DNA from: Elusimicrobia bacterium GWA2_66_18
GTDB lineage: Bacteria; Elusimicrobiota; Elusimicrobia; UBA1565; UBA9628
DNA length: 64,000 nucleotides
Assembly: GCA_001799675.1 (NCBI GenBank)
Contig: MGTX01000004.1
Coordinates: 157,591-221,590 of the forward strand
Reading direction: 5' to 3'
Made by a program: the position numbers and the translations under genes. Shown one piece after another: positions 44,501 to 53,354 of this stretch (position 1 is its first letter; each line of letters starts with the position of its first letter). The notes under the pieces are model-generated. The model saw only the letters and a program-made list of their open reading frames with translations, made no database searches and was not told the origin of the DNA.

Positions 44501-47500
44501 GGCTGGGGGTCTCTAGAGCCGAGCAGGCAAAAGGAGACGCCGGGCGCCGCGGAGAGTATCCCGGCCGGCGAGCTGGCCGCCACGCTGAAAGGCGCTCCGG
44601 AAGCGGCGCGGGTGGAGAGGCTTAGTTCGCCCGAGACGATGACGGTCCCCGAGACCGAGACCGTGGAGCCCGAGAGGTCCAGCGTGAGCGCGACGGTCGC
44701 GCCCTCGACGAGCAGAACGCGTCCGGCGGCCCAACCCCCGGTGCCGGAAAAGAGCGCGGCGGCGCGGACCGGGCCCGGGGGCAGAGCGGCAGTGAAGAGC
44801 GTCGCGCTCGAGCAGTAAGCGGCGACGAAAGCCCCCGACGAGGTCATGGCCGTCGCGTCGCCGAAGACGCGCGAAAGACCGTCCGAGGCGCTCACGGCCA
44901 GACCCAAGGCCTGGTACGCGGAAGTCGCGCGGCAAGCGCCCCCCGGCAGGGTCGGCAGACGAACATCCACGCGAAGGCGAGCGTCCTCAGCCGCCAGGCC
45001 CAGTGCCGCGGTAGAGACCGCCGCCGCGGCGACCGTGAGCGTCAGCCCGCCTGCCGGCTGGAGCGTGAAGCCCGGCAGAGAGGAGCGCAGGGTCCAGACG
45101 CCCGGGCTGAGCCCCGAAAGCGTGAAGGCGGCCGTGCTCGTGACGGCCGCCGTGGATAAGCGCACGCGCGATGCCGCCCGCTCGAGGCGGCCGACGGCGA
45201 GTGCCTCGACCTCCAACTCGAAGACGCCGGCGGGACAGGCCCCCGGGACCCCGCTCGGGCCCGCGAAGCACGAGGAAACGCCGCGGCTGTCCCCCGTTAC
45301 GGTCACGGTTCCGGTGACTACGCCGCCCATCCCCAGAGCCAGGTCCGCGACGCTCAGGTCCGCGGCATCCAGGAGCACGACCGTCGTGGAATCCGAGGTG
45401 AAGCCAGGCGCGGCGGCCAGGATGGTCCAGGTTCCCGGATCCAAGCCGTAGAGGGAGTAGGCTGCGCTCGAAGGCCCGACCGCGGGCGCAATCGACGAGA
45501 CGAAGACCCCGCCGAAGGCCGACGGCGCAATCTCGCCCGCCTTGCGCGCCTGCACGCTCACGAAGGTCCCGAAGGCGGTCGTGGAGGGCAGGACGGCCCA
45601 ACCGAAGGCATTGGCGCGCTTGTCGAGCGGGATCACCAGGTCCAAGCCCCCGGCGCCCAGGCTCACGCCCGGCGCCCGCGTCGACAGGCGCAGGTCCACA
45701 ACCTCCAGGTCCAGGTCGTAGACCCCCGGGGCGGCGATGACGACGCTCCAGGTGCTCGCCGCGCGGCCGAAGAGCGGCCCCGCGTCATCCGAGGTCGCCG
45801 CGCCCGTCGAGAAACGCAGCGGCCCCGAGAAGACGGCCGAGCCGTCGGCGGCGCGGGCCACGAAGCCTCCCAGTGCGTCCCGCGGCGAGGCCACGGGGAT
45901 GATCACGGCCACGCGCAGTTGGGCCGTGGCCGGAAGGGCGAGAGATCCCAAATCCGTCAAGGGCGCCGCCGCCGCGACGGCGGCGACCTCCGTCGACAGA
46001 TTCACGTACCGGCCGCCCACGTTGACGGCCGTGGTCACGCTCAGACGATAGTCCGCTCCCGCGCGCAGGCCGAAAAGCTGGAAATAACCGGTGGAGGAGG
46101 CCAAGGCGAAGGCTCCCTCTCCAGCGCCCGGACCGGTCGCGCGCACCCAGGCGCCCGCCCCACGTAAACCGAGGCGGCCGACATAGGACGCTCCCACCGG
46201 CGCCACGACCTCGAGCGCACGGTTCTCGGCCGCGCCGCCGCCGGCGCGCAGACGCGCCCGATAGCGGCCGGGAGGCGCGGCGCGCGGCGGACTAAGAATA
46301 CGGTTGACCCCATCCCAGGACGCGACCACGGGCCGGTCCGGGTCGCCGAAACCCGCGGCGCGCATGACCGGCCCGCCGAAGTCGACGGCGTCGGTGGAGA
46401 GGACCAAATCCCAAGCCAGGGCCGGGTCCGGCAGGGAGAATACGATCCTCGCCTCGTAAGCCGAGGGGTCCGTCGAAGAAAGGGAAACGCTCGTGGTCCC
46501 GGCGCAGAGGGTTCCCGAGTCGACCGAGACCGCGGTGAAGGCCACCGTGGAACCGACCAACCTCACTGGGCGCATGGCCTCGGCGTTAACGGCGCCCGCA
46601 GTCCCCGTGAAATTGGCCGCGGCGCGGATATAAGCCAGGCTGGGCCCGACCGTGGAGATCTTGAGGAAGAAACTGGGCGAGACTGCGAATCCCGTGGAGA
46701 GGAAGACCGAGGAGATCGGGGAGCCGGTGAGGGAGGTGAACTTCGCCGTGGCGTCGGGAATGTAGCCGCCGCCGGAAGGCACGAGCAGGGAGAGACTCAC
46801 CGTGCCCGAGGAAGCGCCGAGCTTATCGTTGCCGCAAAGGTCGGTCACGCGGAGTTGGAGGGTGGACGAGGACTGGAGGGGTCCCAGGACGAGAGTGGAA
46901 GCATTCGTGAAGACCAACTGGCTGGTGGTCCCCGCGCCGAGGCTTAGGACCGGCTGGGTGGAGATGGGCGCCAGCGTCCCGGAAGCGTCGGCCTGGGTCC
47001 AGACCGCGAAGGTCTGAGCGCCGCGCCCTGCGGGACTCAGCGGCGGCATGCCGGCATAGGTAAGAACGATCTTCTCGCCGGGCCTAAACGACTCGGCGGC
47101 CCCGCTCTTGACCGAGACCACGATCCATCCCGCCCCCAAGGCCTGAGCGCCTCGGGCCGCCGGGTTGACCTCCGTCGAGGTCGAGCCTAAGGTCGACGCC
47201 AGGGAGGTGGAGATCACGTTCCAATATCCGGCCTGAGGCGGGAATTGTGTCGTGACGCCGACCGGCACGCTCCATCCGTCCGGGACGCGCACGGCCAAAG
47301 CGCCGCCGGCGGAAAGGCCCGACCCTCCCACGGTGAAGGTCACGGTGGCCGCGACTGCCTGACAACCCGCCGTGGAGTCCGCCGCGACGAAGGCGCTGCC
47401 CTGGCCGTCGCGCGCGCCATAGGAGAGGGCGGACCGGTCCACCGTGAAGGTGCTCGCCGTCGTTCCGATCAATCCCGTGGGGTCGTCCACGAACGCCGTC

Positions 47501-50500
47501 GCGCAGTAGCGGCGTCCGTCGGTGAGCGCCGCGTCGGGGATGGGGCTGGCCCAGGATGTGGAGGGCGTCAAGGGCGAGGCCAGCGTCGTCGTGGCATAGA
47601 TGGGGACTGCGGAAGCAAAGGAGCCTGCGAGCCAGTTGAAGTGGAGCCCCGTCTCCACCTCGCGAACGTCCACGCGCACGCGCTCAACGGCGGAGCCGTC
47701 CGCCGCGGTGCCGGAGATGGCGCCGCCCAGGGTCGCGACCGCTGCGCCGGTGGGCACATGAAAGGAAGCGGTGGGGCTGGAAAGGCTGGGCGGCGAGACT
47801 CCGAACACCGAACTCGTATCGGAAGCCACGAAGGGCTGGGTCAGGTCCGTGGCGGAGAGGGTGAAATAACCGGTGACCTGGAAAATCAGGCCGGAGAACG
47901 CAAACTGCCCCGCCGCGAGCGCCCGCGGCGCGGGAAGGGTCGCCGAGGAAGTCAAAGCGCCCAGTGCGACCGTATCGGTGATCGTCGAGACCTCGTTGCC
48001 GTAGGGGTCAACGGCGCGCACCGTCGCGCTGAAGGGCACGCCCTTGACCCGGGCGAAAGGAGATCCGGCCTTACCCGTGACGGAGCCCGGCCATGCCGCC
48101 TGCCCGGGCAGAATAACCTGCAGGCGCGCCAGCCCGGCCGGGATCACCGAAATCGTGGAATACCCCAGCCCGAAGGCGGTCGCGGCCGAGACGACGGTGA
48201 CTCGCGGGCTCGGCTCGGCGGTGCGCGGCGTGAACTGAAGCGTCGCCATGCTGGCCGAAAGAGGCTGGGACGAACCCAGGACCGCGTTAGGGTCGTCGCT
48301 GGCCAAGGTCACAGTCCCAGAAACCTGCCAGGCCAAGTCGAAGCGGGAAGACACCGCCAGGACCGTCACCGTGATGACGGCGCCCGCGGTGGAGACGGAG
48401 GGTGTTCCGGTCTTGCCGGGGCCGACGGCGGGGGTGAAGGTCTCGCCCGGCAGGAGGACCACGAGGTTCGGAAAGAAATCCCAGTTGAGATCGCCGCCGG
48501 CGTCGACGTTGCGCCCGTCGTCGGCCAGGATGGTCTGCCCGGAGGAGGCGTCGCAGTCCGAGACCATGACCGCGGTCACGCTCGAGACCGCGGTCACGCG
48601 CAGAGACCACGGCAGGCCCGCGGTCCTGGAGCGCACCCGCATGACGGCCCCCCCGCCCGCGCCAAGACGCAGATCGGCCACGCTCAGAAGCGTGCCCGGG
48701 GCGAAGGCCAAGGTGCTTCCCGCCACGGCGTCGCTCAGCACCGCGACGGTCGCGGAGGTCAGGAAGGCGGCGCTCGTGACCGCGATGGAAAGTCCGTTGA
48801 AGACCGCTCCTCCGTAGACGGCCACGGACTCGTAGCTTCGACCGGCGGCGGCGCCGGCGAGGCTCACGGTGCTCGTCTGCCCGTCGAAGTAGGCGCCCGT
48901 AGACACGAGGAGGCTGCCGGCCAGCGTCAGGTTCCCCGTCCCGGCCGAGAAGGTTCCGGCGTAGACGCTGAAATCGCCGAACAAGACGAGGTCGGAGGCG
49001 GCCTGCACCGGGCCCGTGCCCACGCTCACGAGGTTCCACAGCGTCGAGCCGGGCAACAGGCTCAAGGTCTGGGTCGAGGCTCCCGTCATCGTCAGGCTCG
49101 CCGACGTGGACGCGGAAAAGTCCACGATGCCGCCGGTCTGGAACACGCCGCCGGCAACCGAGACGGTGCTGGCCGCGATCGGGCGCAAGACTCCTCCCGA
49201 TACGACCAGCGGGCCGGAGAGATTCAGCGTCGGAGCGCGGAACACCTCTGCGCCCCCCGCCAAGTTCACGCGCAGCCCGCCGAAAGTGTTCGTCGAAATC
49301 CCGGCGCCGCGGGCGGCGCCCGTGCCCTCGAAGAGGAGCCAGGAATTGGCGACGTCGCCCGCGTAGGACCAATTGGCTCCCGAGGATGGGATCAGATCGG
49401 CGCTTCCGCGCAGGGTGATGGTGGAACCGCCCGGCGCATTGACCACGGTCGAGCCCTGGCGCGGGTCGAAGGAGTTGCCGTAGCCCTCCACGATGAGGTC
49501 TCCCTGGAGGACCGCGGTCTTGTTGGCGGCCAGGGCGAGCTTGGCGTTGACGACGCTTCCCGAGGCCACTTGGATGGAGGAGACGGGAGACCAGATCACC
49601 GTGTGCGACGGATTGACGGCGAGGTAGGTGGAGAAGGCCGTGTCCCAGACGGGGCCCGCGACCGTCAACATCGAGCTCCCGCCGTCGAAGACCGCTCCGG
49701 GCAAGATTCGAAACGAAGAGACGAACCCGTTGATGTTGAGACGCGCGCCCGCGGCGCTCCGGTTGGCCACGACTAGGTCACCGAAAGTCGCGAAGTTGAT
49801 GTTCTGGGGCGTGACTCCCGCCAGTATCGTCGTAGATCCCGTCACGGTGATCGTCTCAAAGGTGGATTGGGTCATGTCTCCGCGGATGGTCAGGAGGGCT
49901 CCTGGGTAGTAGAGGGCGCCGCTGCGCCATTCAAAGCCGGCCAGCGTAGAGACCGTGCTCGAGATGGTAACGCCTGCGGTGGTGGCGACGCGGAAAGTCC
50001 CAAAGGAGCCCGTGGCGAGTTGGCGCACCGTCCGGCTCGAGGCCCCGTCGAAGACGGCCACGCTGGCGCCTCCCAGGACCGCCGTGCCGGATTGCTCCGT
50101 CCAGGACCCTCTCACCGAGATGGTCGAAGCCGCCAAGTCGAGGGTGCCGCTGACCACGATGACGTTTCCCTCGGCCACCGTCGCCGTCGACAGAATCAGA
50201 GCGCCTGCGCCGGCGTCGATGAATAGATTGTCGAAGGAGGCTCCCGCCAATACGCTCGCCGCGCCGGACAGGGCGTTAAAGACCGCGGTCGAACGACTCA
50301 CGACAGCCGCGCCGTAAACCGTCCAGTCACCTCCGATTTGAAGAAGCGTCGTGCTCGCCATCAGCAAGGTCCCGGTGTCCACCGACACGCCCCCCGCCAA
50401 GATGAAACTGGCGCCCGCGGAAGGACTCAGCCGGAGCCCTCCGGGGTTGATATTGGAAACGCGCAGGCCCCCGATGCGCCCCGGCCAGGCCGTCCAGGTC

Positions 50501-52131
50501 TGCGAGGAGGAGCCGGCGGCCACGGCGACGGCGCCGGGGGCGCCGTCGACCGAACCTGCCCCGGTAAACGGACCGTCGCCGTCGAATGTCACCGTTCCGG
50601 TCGAAAGGACGAGCAGCGCGCCGGCTGAGAGATGGGCGCGAGAGACGACCTCGAGTATCCCGGTGACCGTCGCCGTAGCCGCCGTGGGCCCTCCCACGAC
50701 GAGTCTCGCTACCTTGGCATCGTAAAAGGACGCTGCGTATGCGCCTCCGAATCCCGCGAGGGTCAAGGTCGAAGCGCCTAAGTCGATGAGTCCTCCCGTC
50801 TGGGCCAGGTCGCCGCCTAGGGTGAGCAGGAGCCCCGCCCCGGCTACGACCGTACCGCCCGCCATCTCGAAAGCCCCGGTCACGGTCAAAGACGACGCCA
50901 GGACCACCGTCGTCGACAAGGCGGTGGTCAGCGTCATCGAGCCCACGGACACGGAGGGCATGTTCCAGAGACACCCCTTCACGGTCTGAGAAGCTCCGAA
51001 GACCAGGCGTTCGCCGCCCGATGGAGACAAGCCCTCGCTCCAGTTCGCCGGCGTGGAGGCCAGGGCATCGGCGCCCAGGCCCGTCCAATGGCGCGGATCC
51101 ATGAAGGCGGCGCCGCCCGATCCGCCGCCGCCGGAAGCGACGCCCGCGCCGAAGCTGCCCCCATTGACAAGGATGTTAAGGGCTGAGTGAAAGATGGAAT
51201 AGCCCGAGCTTTCCTGGATCCATACCCGGCCTCCGCCGCCCCCCCCGCCTCCGAAATTGGCGCCGGCGCCGCCGTCGCCGCCGCGCGCGCTGAGCGTGCC
51301 GGATCCCGTGATCACCTGAGCCAAGACCACGATGGAACCGCCGGCGCCCCCGCCGCCGCCCTGCAAACCGAGAGTCACACCCGGATCGCCGTCGGCCTCG
51401 AGCAGACCGTCGAGAGAGGCGGTGGCTGCGTCCACCTGGAAGAAACCGCCGCCCCCGCCGCCGTCGGCCGAGGGCGTGCCTCCTCCCCCCGAACCCGAGT
51501 CCACGGCAGGCATGGCGTCGCCGGCCGGCCCGCCGCCGGAGCCGCCCCCGCCGGAGCCGCCGGCGCCCCCGTGCCCGCCCCCGCCGCCGCCCATGACGAC
51601 CGACCCTGCGCCGCCGCCGCCGGGTCCCGATCCGGCGGCCGCACCCGCGCCCCCCGCATAGCCGCGGCCCTTGATGGTCACGGTGGAGCCCGCGCGCAGA
51701 TCGAAGAAGCCCGCCGAGATGAAGACGGCCCCCGGACTCATCGTGCCGGCGGGGCCGTAGAAGGTCATGCTGGAACCGGGATGGAGAGTAAAGATCCCGG
51801 CCGTGATCGTTAGAGGGGTGGAGACCTGGATGGCGGCGCCGCCCAGGACGTCGAGTCCGGAGGACACGGCCAATCCCGTCGAGATCCTCAGCACCGCGCC
51901 CGCTCCGCCCAAGCTCAGGGATCGGACCGAGACGAGAGGGTCCGTCGAATAGACGACCACTAATTCCGAGGCGATGGTCGCGTCGTCTAGAGGGCCCGGC
52001 GCCGCCGCGCCCGACCAGTTAGCCGGCTGGTTCCAGTCGCCGACGGCGCCACCCACCCAGGAGATCGAAGCCGCCCGCGCCGCCGTCGCGGCCAGAAGGA
52101 CGAGGCACGTCGCGGGGAGCAGTCGCGCCAT
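41503..52131 (-). CDS. Giant (3,542 aa) surface protein with a T9SS-type C-terminal sorting domain
   Basis: Start at Met209 (TGATG overlap with the upstream stop) gives the signal peptide MARLLPATCLVLLAATAARA. N-terminal ISWVGGAVGDWNQPANWSG (autotransporter-associated beta-strand-repeat-like), then poly-Gly runs, then kilobases of Ala/Gly/Ser/Thr/Val-rich beta-type sequence and CarboxypepD_reg-like units (SGRVTDAAGAPISGVRVMA). The C-terminus is YNFPNPFD...LRVFDVAGRLVRTV...WDGRGDDGRDAASGLYIGLVEVGGRRRTFKMAVLK. Confidence 0.85.
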   Translation of the reverse strand: MARLLPATCLVLLAATAARAASISWVGGAVGDWNQPANWSGAAAPGPLDDATIASELVVVYSTDPLVSVRSLSLGGAGAVLRISTGLAVSSGLDVLGGAAIQVSTPLTITAGIFTLHPGSSMTFYGPAGTMSPGAVFISAGFFDLRAGSTVTIKGRGYAGGAGAAAGSGPGGGGAGSVVMGGGGGGHGGAGGSGGGGSGGGPAGDAMPAVDSGSGGGGTPSADGGGGGGFFQVDAATASLDGLLEADGDPGVTLGLQGGGGGAGGSIVVLAQVITGSGTLSARGGDGGAGANFGGGGGGGGRVWIQESSGYSIFHSALNILVNGGSFGAGVASGGGGSGGAAFMDPRHWTGLGADALASTPANWSEGLSPSGGERLVFGASQTVKGCLWNMPSVSVGSMTLTTALSTTVVLASSLTVTGAFEMAGGTVVAGAGLLLTLGGDLAQTGGLIDLGASTLTLAGFGGAYAASFYDAKVARLVVGGPTAATATVTGILEVVSRAHLSAGALLVLSTGTVTFDGDGPFTGAGSVDGAPGAVAVAAGSSSQTWTAWPGRIGGLRVSNINPGGLRLSPSAGASFILAGGVSVDTGTLLMASTTLLQIGGDWTVYGAAVVSRSTAVFNALSGAASVLAGASFDNLFIDAGAGALILSTATVAEGNVIVVSGTLDLAASTISVRGSWTEQSGTAVLGGASVAVFDGASSRTVRQLATGSFGTFRVATTAGVTISSTVSTLAGFEWRSGALYYPGALLTIRGDMTQSTFETITVTGSTTILAGVTPQNINFATFGDLVVANRSAAGARLNINGFVSSFRILPGAVFDGGSSMLTVAGPVWDTAFSTYLAVNPSHTVIWSPVSSIQVASGSVVNAKLALAANKTAVLQGDLIVEGYGNSFDPRQGSTVVNAPGGSTITLRGSADLIPSSGANWSYAGDVANSWLLFEGTGAARGAGISTNTFGGLRVNLAGGAEVFRAPTLNLSGPLVVSGGVLRPIAASTVSVAGGVFQTGGIVDFSASTSASLTMTGASTQTLSLLPGSTLWNLVSVGTGPVQAASDLVLFGDFSVYAGTFSAGTGNLTLAGSLLVSTGAYFDGQTSTVSLAGAAAGRSYESVAVYGGAVFNGLSIAVTSAAFLTSATVAVLSDAVAGSTLAFAPGTLLSVADLRLGAGGGAVMRVRSRTAGLPWSLRVTAVSSVTAVMVSDCDASSGQTILADDGRNVDAGGDLNWDFFPNLVVLLPGETFTPAVGPGKTGTPSVSTAGAVITVTVLAVSSRFDLAWQVSGTVTLASDDPNAVLGSSQPLSASMATLQFTPRTAEPSPRVTVVSAATAFGLGYSTISVIPAGLARLQVILPGQAAWPGSVTGKAGSPFARVKGVPFSATVRAVDPYGNEVSTITDTVALGALTSSATLPAPRALAAGQFAFSGLIFQVTGYFTLSATDLTQPFVASDTSSVFGVSPPSLSSPTASFHVPTGAAVATLGGAISGTAADGSAVERVRVDVREVETGLHFNWLAGSFASAVPIYATTTLASPLTPSTSWASPIPDAALTDGRRYCATAFVDDPTGLIGTTASTFTVDRSALSYGARDGQGSAFVAADSTAGCQAVAATVTFTVGGSGLSAGGALAVRVPDGWSVPVGVTTQFPPQAGYWNVISTSLASTLGSTSTEVNPAARGAQALGAGWIVVSVKSGAAESFRPGEKIVLTYAGMPPLSPAGRGAQTFAVWTQADASGTLAPISTQPVLSLGAGTTSQLVFTNASTLVLGPLQSSSTLQLRVTDLCGNDKLGASSGTVSLSLLVPSGGGYIPDATAKFTSLTGSPISSVFLSTGFAVSPSFFLKISTVGPSLAYIRAAANFTGTAGAVNAEAMRPVRLVGSTVAFTAVSVDSGTLCAGTTSVSLSSTDPSAYEARIVFSLPDPALAWDLVLSTDAVDFGGPVMRAAGFGDPDRPVVASWDGVNRILSPPRAAPPGRYRARLRAGGGAAENRALEVVAPVGASYVGRLGLRGAGAWVRATGPGAGEGAFALASSTGYFQLFGLRAGADYRLSVTTAVNVGGRYVNLSTEVAAVAAAAPLTDLGSLALPATAQLRVAVIIPVASPRDALGGFVARAADGSAVFSGPLRFSTGAATSDDAGPLFGRAASTWSVVIAAPGVYDLDLEVVDLRLSTRAPGVSLGAGGLDLVIPLDKRANAFGWAVLPSTTAFGTFVSVQARKAGEIAPSAFGGVFVSSIAPAVGPSSAAYSLYGLDPGTWTILAAAPGFTSDSTTVVLLDAADLSVADLALGMGGVVTGTVTVTGDSRGVSSCFAGPSGVPGACPAGVFELEVEALAVGRLERAASRVRLSTAAVTSTAAFTLSGLSPGVWTLRSSLPGFTLQPAGGLTLTVAAAAVSTAALGLAAEDARLRVDVRLPTLPGGACRATSAYQALGLAVSASDGLSRVFGDATAMTSSGAFVAAYCSSATLFTAALPPGPVRAAALFSGTGGWAAGRVLLVEGATVALTLDLSGSTVSVSGTVIVSGELSLSTRAASGAPFSVAASSPAGILSAAPGVSFCLLGSRDPQPRSALRVELVAFDPREGAISLRRSSAGAGSCAVLAPSSATATSLGLVAAVSPDGSFNFQPGVGSGLYILRVSGDLDDDPSNGPEAVEYTELVSVGTSPVMLSPRLTRGSRVSGLLGAPPNLPSGRRIRVFLVDEGGRTVRSVEIAPPPGGSATFSFDGTADGRYSLFAEDLSAPRAFAAVPRPVVVAGADLSGLVLSLAPSGTIRARLSAARLKSDGAEEHELIGRDNAALLPRGFAARATAVPARAGGYFDLRPAPDGSLLDSSGRVVIDGLPAGVYDVEFRVPVDTPALAAGGLALSPARVSGVSLYAGQAVDLGVVPLFAGAFVSGRVTDAAGAPISGVRVMARACRDAGARTAQALGERSALSDASGLYILRGLDPTVRWYDLTAAPRGELSGGDPLPPYEARRALCVDVSSGAVRDFSLFAAASTVSGRVVSADGSVLRSALGLGAALSLQKAGLPPAEDPLADLIFRTQPDGTFAIPAVATGAYRLTASALGLAGAARAVIVNAAEVDLGVVTLGEGAALGGTLRLPDGSAPGEDEVNALVAAAPDSSEFYYAALTRDAAARAVTGYRFGGLTPGRTYRLIVSGPAGWALTPPEGAAVVLTSTSDARVLDLVLRPSAGPVSFRARREGARWRVEAMFPRPLRSRLTSDDDPALALSTTTALAPLYAAALSSDRRSVSAYYDSVPGETSLVLRARAALAAEDWSSTDPSARELTVDATATISLAADGLHRRAVANAMGGTLSLEGDAARVVLPRGALAVDASATVMVDFARSAAPLQAGALPAGVTPAGAFFDVALPAGVPTRLARPAELTLSYSSAVADAGRLAVYWYNPAARIYVRQPDVTGAPPVVDAAERTVAIHVDHFSTYVLLDASVGYIGGSSFGGADLEAYNFPNPFDLSVKTVTTVHGGGLASVRGTLIRVSVPPAVSGGGTLRVFDVAGRLVRTVDLGLLSGGQTYYQAWDGRGDDGRDAASGLYIGLVEVGGRRRTFKMAVLK

Positions 52132-53354
52132 CACCAATCCCACCTCAATCCCGCCAGAGCCGTCGCGGCCTCGTAGGCATAGCGGTAGTAGCGTTGGTAG
52201 CGCTGGTTGGAGGAGGCGCTGACGCGCTCCACGCTGAACAGCAGACTCAAGCGCCGGGCCATCGGGTAGTCCAGCGACGCGCCGAACGTCCACTCGATCG
52301 TCGTAAGAGAGCCCGAGCCGTAGGCCCCTGTTTCGCCCTGCGGGGGACGCCGCGTATAATGACGCTGCCGCCGCCCCAGCTTCAACTGGGCGGTGACGGG
52401 GCGGCGCGGCGGACCGATCACGACGCTGGCCGAGGGCGCGACGCGCCATTCGACGTAGTCGTAGAAACCGGCAAGGAAGCGTCCGCGAGTCGCATCGTAG
52501 CCGTTCTGGTCGGAGGTATTGGCGTTTACGCCCAGTTCCAAGCCCGCGCGCGCGCGCAGATCCGCGTTCCAGTCGTGGGGCATGCGCAGGGCGAACGCCG
52601 CTGACGTCAGGAAGTCCTGACGGGTCCGTCCGGAGAGTTGCCCTCCCTCGTCGACGAGAGGCTGGGAGGGAAAGCGCGACCAGACGCCCAGCAGCGAGCC
52701 CTCCGCCACGGCGCGTGATCCCAGGGAAGCATCGCCGCCGACACGGAACTGCCAACCCGTGCGGTCCAGCACGCGGTCGCCGACGAGTTCGCGCGCCAGG
52801 GATTGTCCCGAGAACTGGAAGACCGCCTGGGATTCGAGGGTGGTGTAGTTCGGGTAGGCAACCTGGAACCAGTCCACAGCCAAGCGCAGACTATGCGGTG
52901 CAACGGTCATAAGTTCGGCCTCGGCTCCGGCCGTCCAGCGGACCTGATCGTAGAGGCCCAGGCCCCAGGTCTCATCCTTGGTTTCCTTGAGCATCTCGCG
53001 GGCATAGGCGACGGCGGGCTTGAAACGCCAGCGCGAGGACGGCTGCGACCATACCGCGCGGATTGCGAGTCGACTCTCGAAGCGCTCCTGGGCGCTCGTC
53101 GCGGTCCCGAGGACGTCGTTTACGCGGCGAGTGCCCTCATACTCGGCGCGGACGGAGGGCAGCAGCGACAAGCGATCGTCGAGGCGCATCGCCGGCGCAA
53201 AGGAAGCGTCCGCGTTGCCCGAAAGGGAGCCGCGCTCGCCCGCGAAGGATTGCATCCCTCCCAAGACGGTGATCCCGCCGACCGGAGTCCACTCGACAGC
53301 CCCCGCGAAAGACGCGCTCAAAACAAGGATGGCGCTCAGAAAGGAGTGTCTCAC
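52131..53354 (-). CDS. Putative outer-membrane beta-barrel protein
   Basis: GTG start in a GTGA overlap with the upstream stop. Signal-like (V)RHSFLSAILVLSASFAGA. Alternating hydrophobic pattern throughout, and a C-terminal ...GLRWDW aromatic end. Confidence 0.55.
   Translation of the reverse strand: MRHSFLSAILVLSASFAGAVEWTPVGGITVLGGMQSFAGERGSLSGNADASFAPAMRLDDRLSLLPSVRAEYEGTRRVNDVLGTATSAQERFESRLAIRAVWSQPSSRWRFKPAVAYAREMLKETKDETWGLGLYDQVRWTAGAEAELMTVAPHSLRLAVDWFQVAYPNYTTLESQAVFQFSGQSLARELVGDRVLDRTGWQFRVGGDASLGSRAVAEGSLLGVWSRFPSQPLVDEGGQLSGRTRQDFLTSAAFALRMPHDWNADLRARAGLELGVNANTSDQNGYDATRGRFLAGFYDYVEWRVAPSASVVIGPPRRPVTAQLKLGRRQRHYTRRPPQGETGAYGSGSLTTIEWTFGASLDYPMARRLSLLFSVERVSASSNQRYQRYYRYAYEAATALAGLRWDW

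Noticed and set aside
47245-49776. 843-aa plus-strand ORF
   Set aside because: It is entirely antisense to the giant minus-strand gene. It has Arg/Gly/Asp-rich composition typical of high-GC shadow frames, no motifs, and no plausible signal or RBS.
51200-51680. Highly repetitive GGC/GCC-rich tract, considered as a tandem repeat or CRISPR-like array
   Set aside because: It is in frame within the giant gene and encodes poly-Gly runs. There is no repeat-spacer periodicity. It is coding low-complexity sequence.
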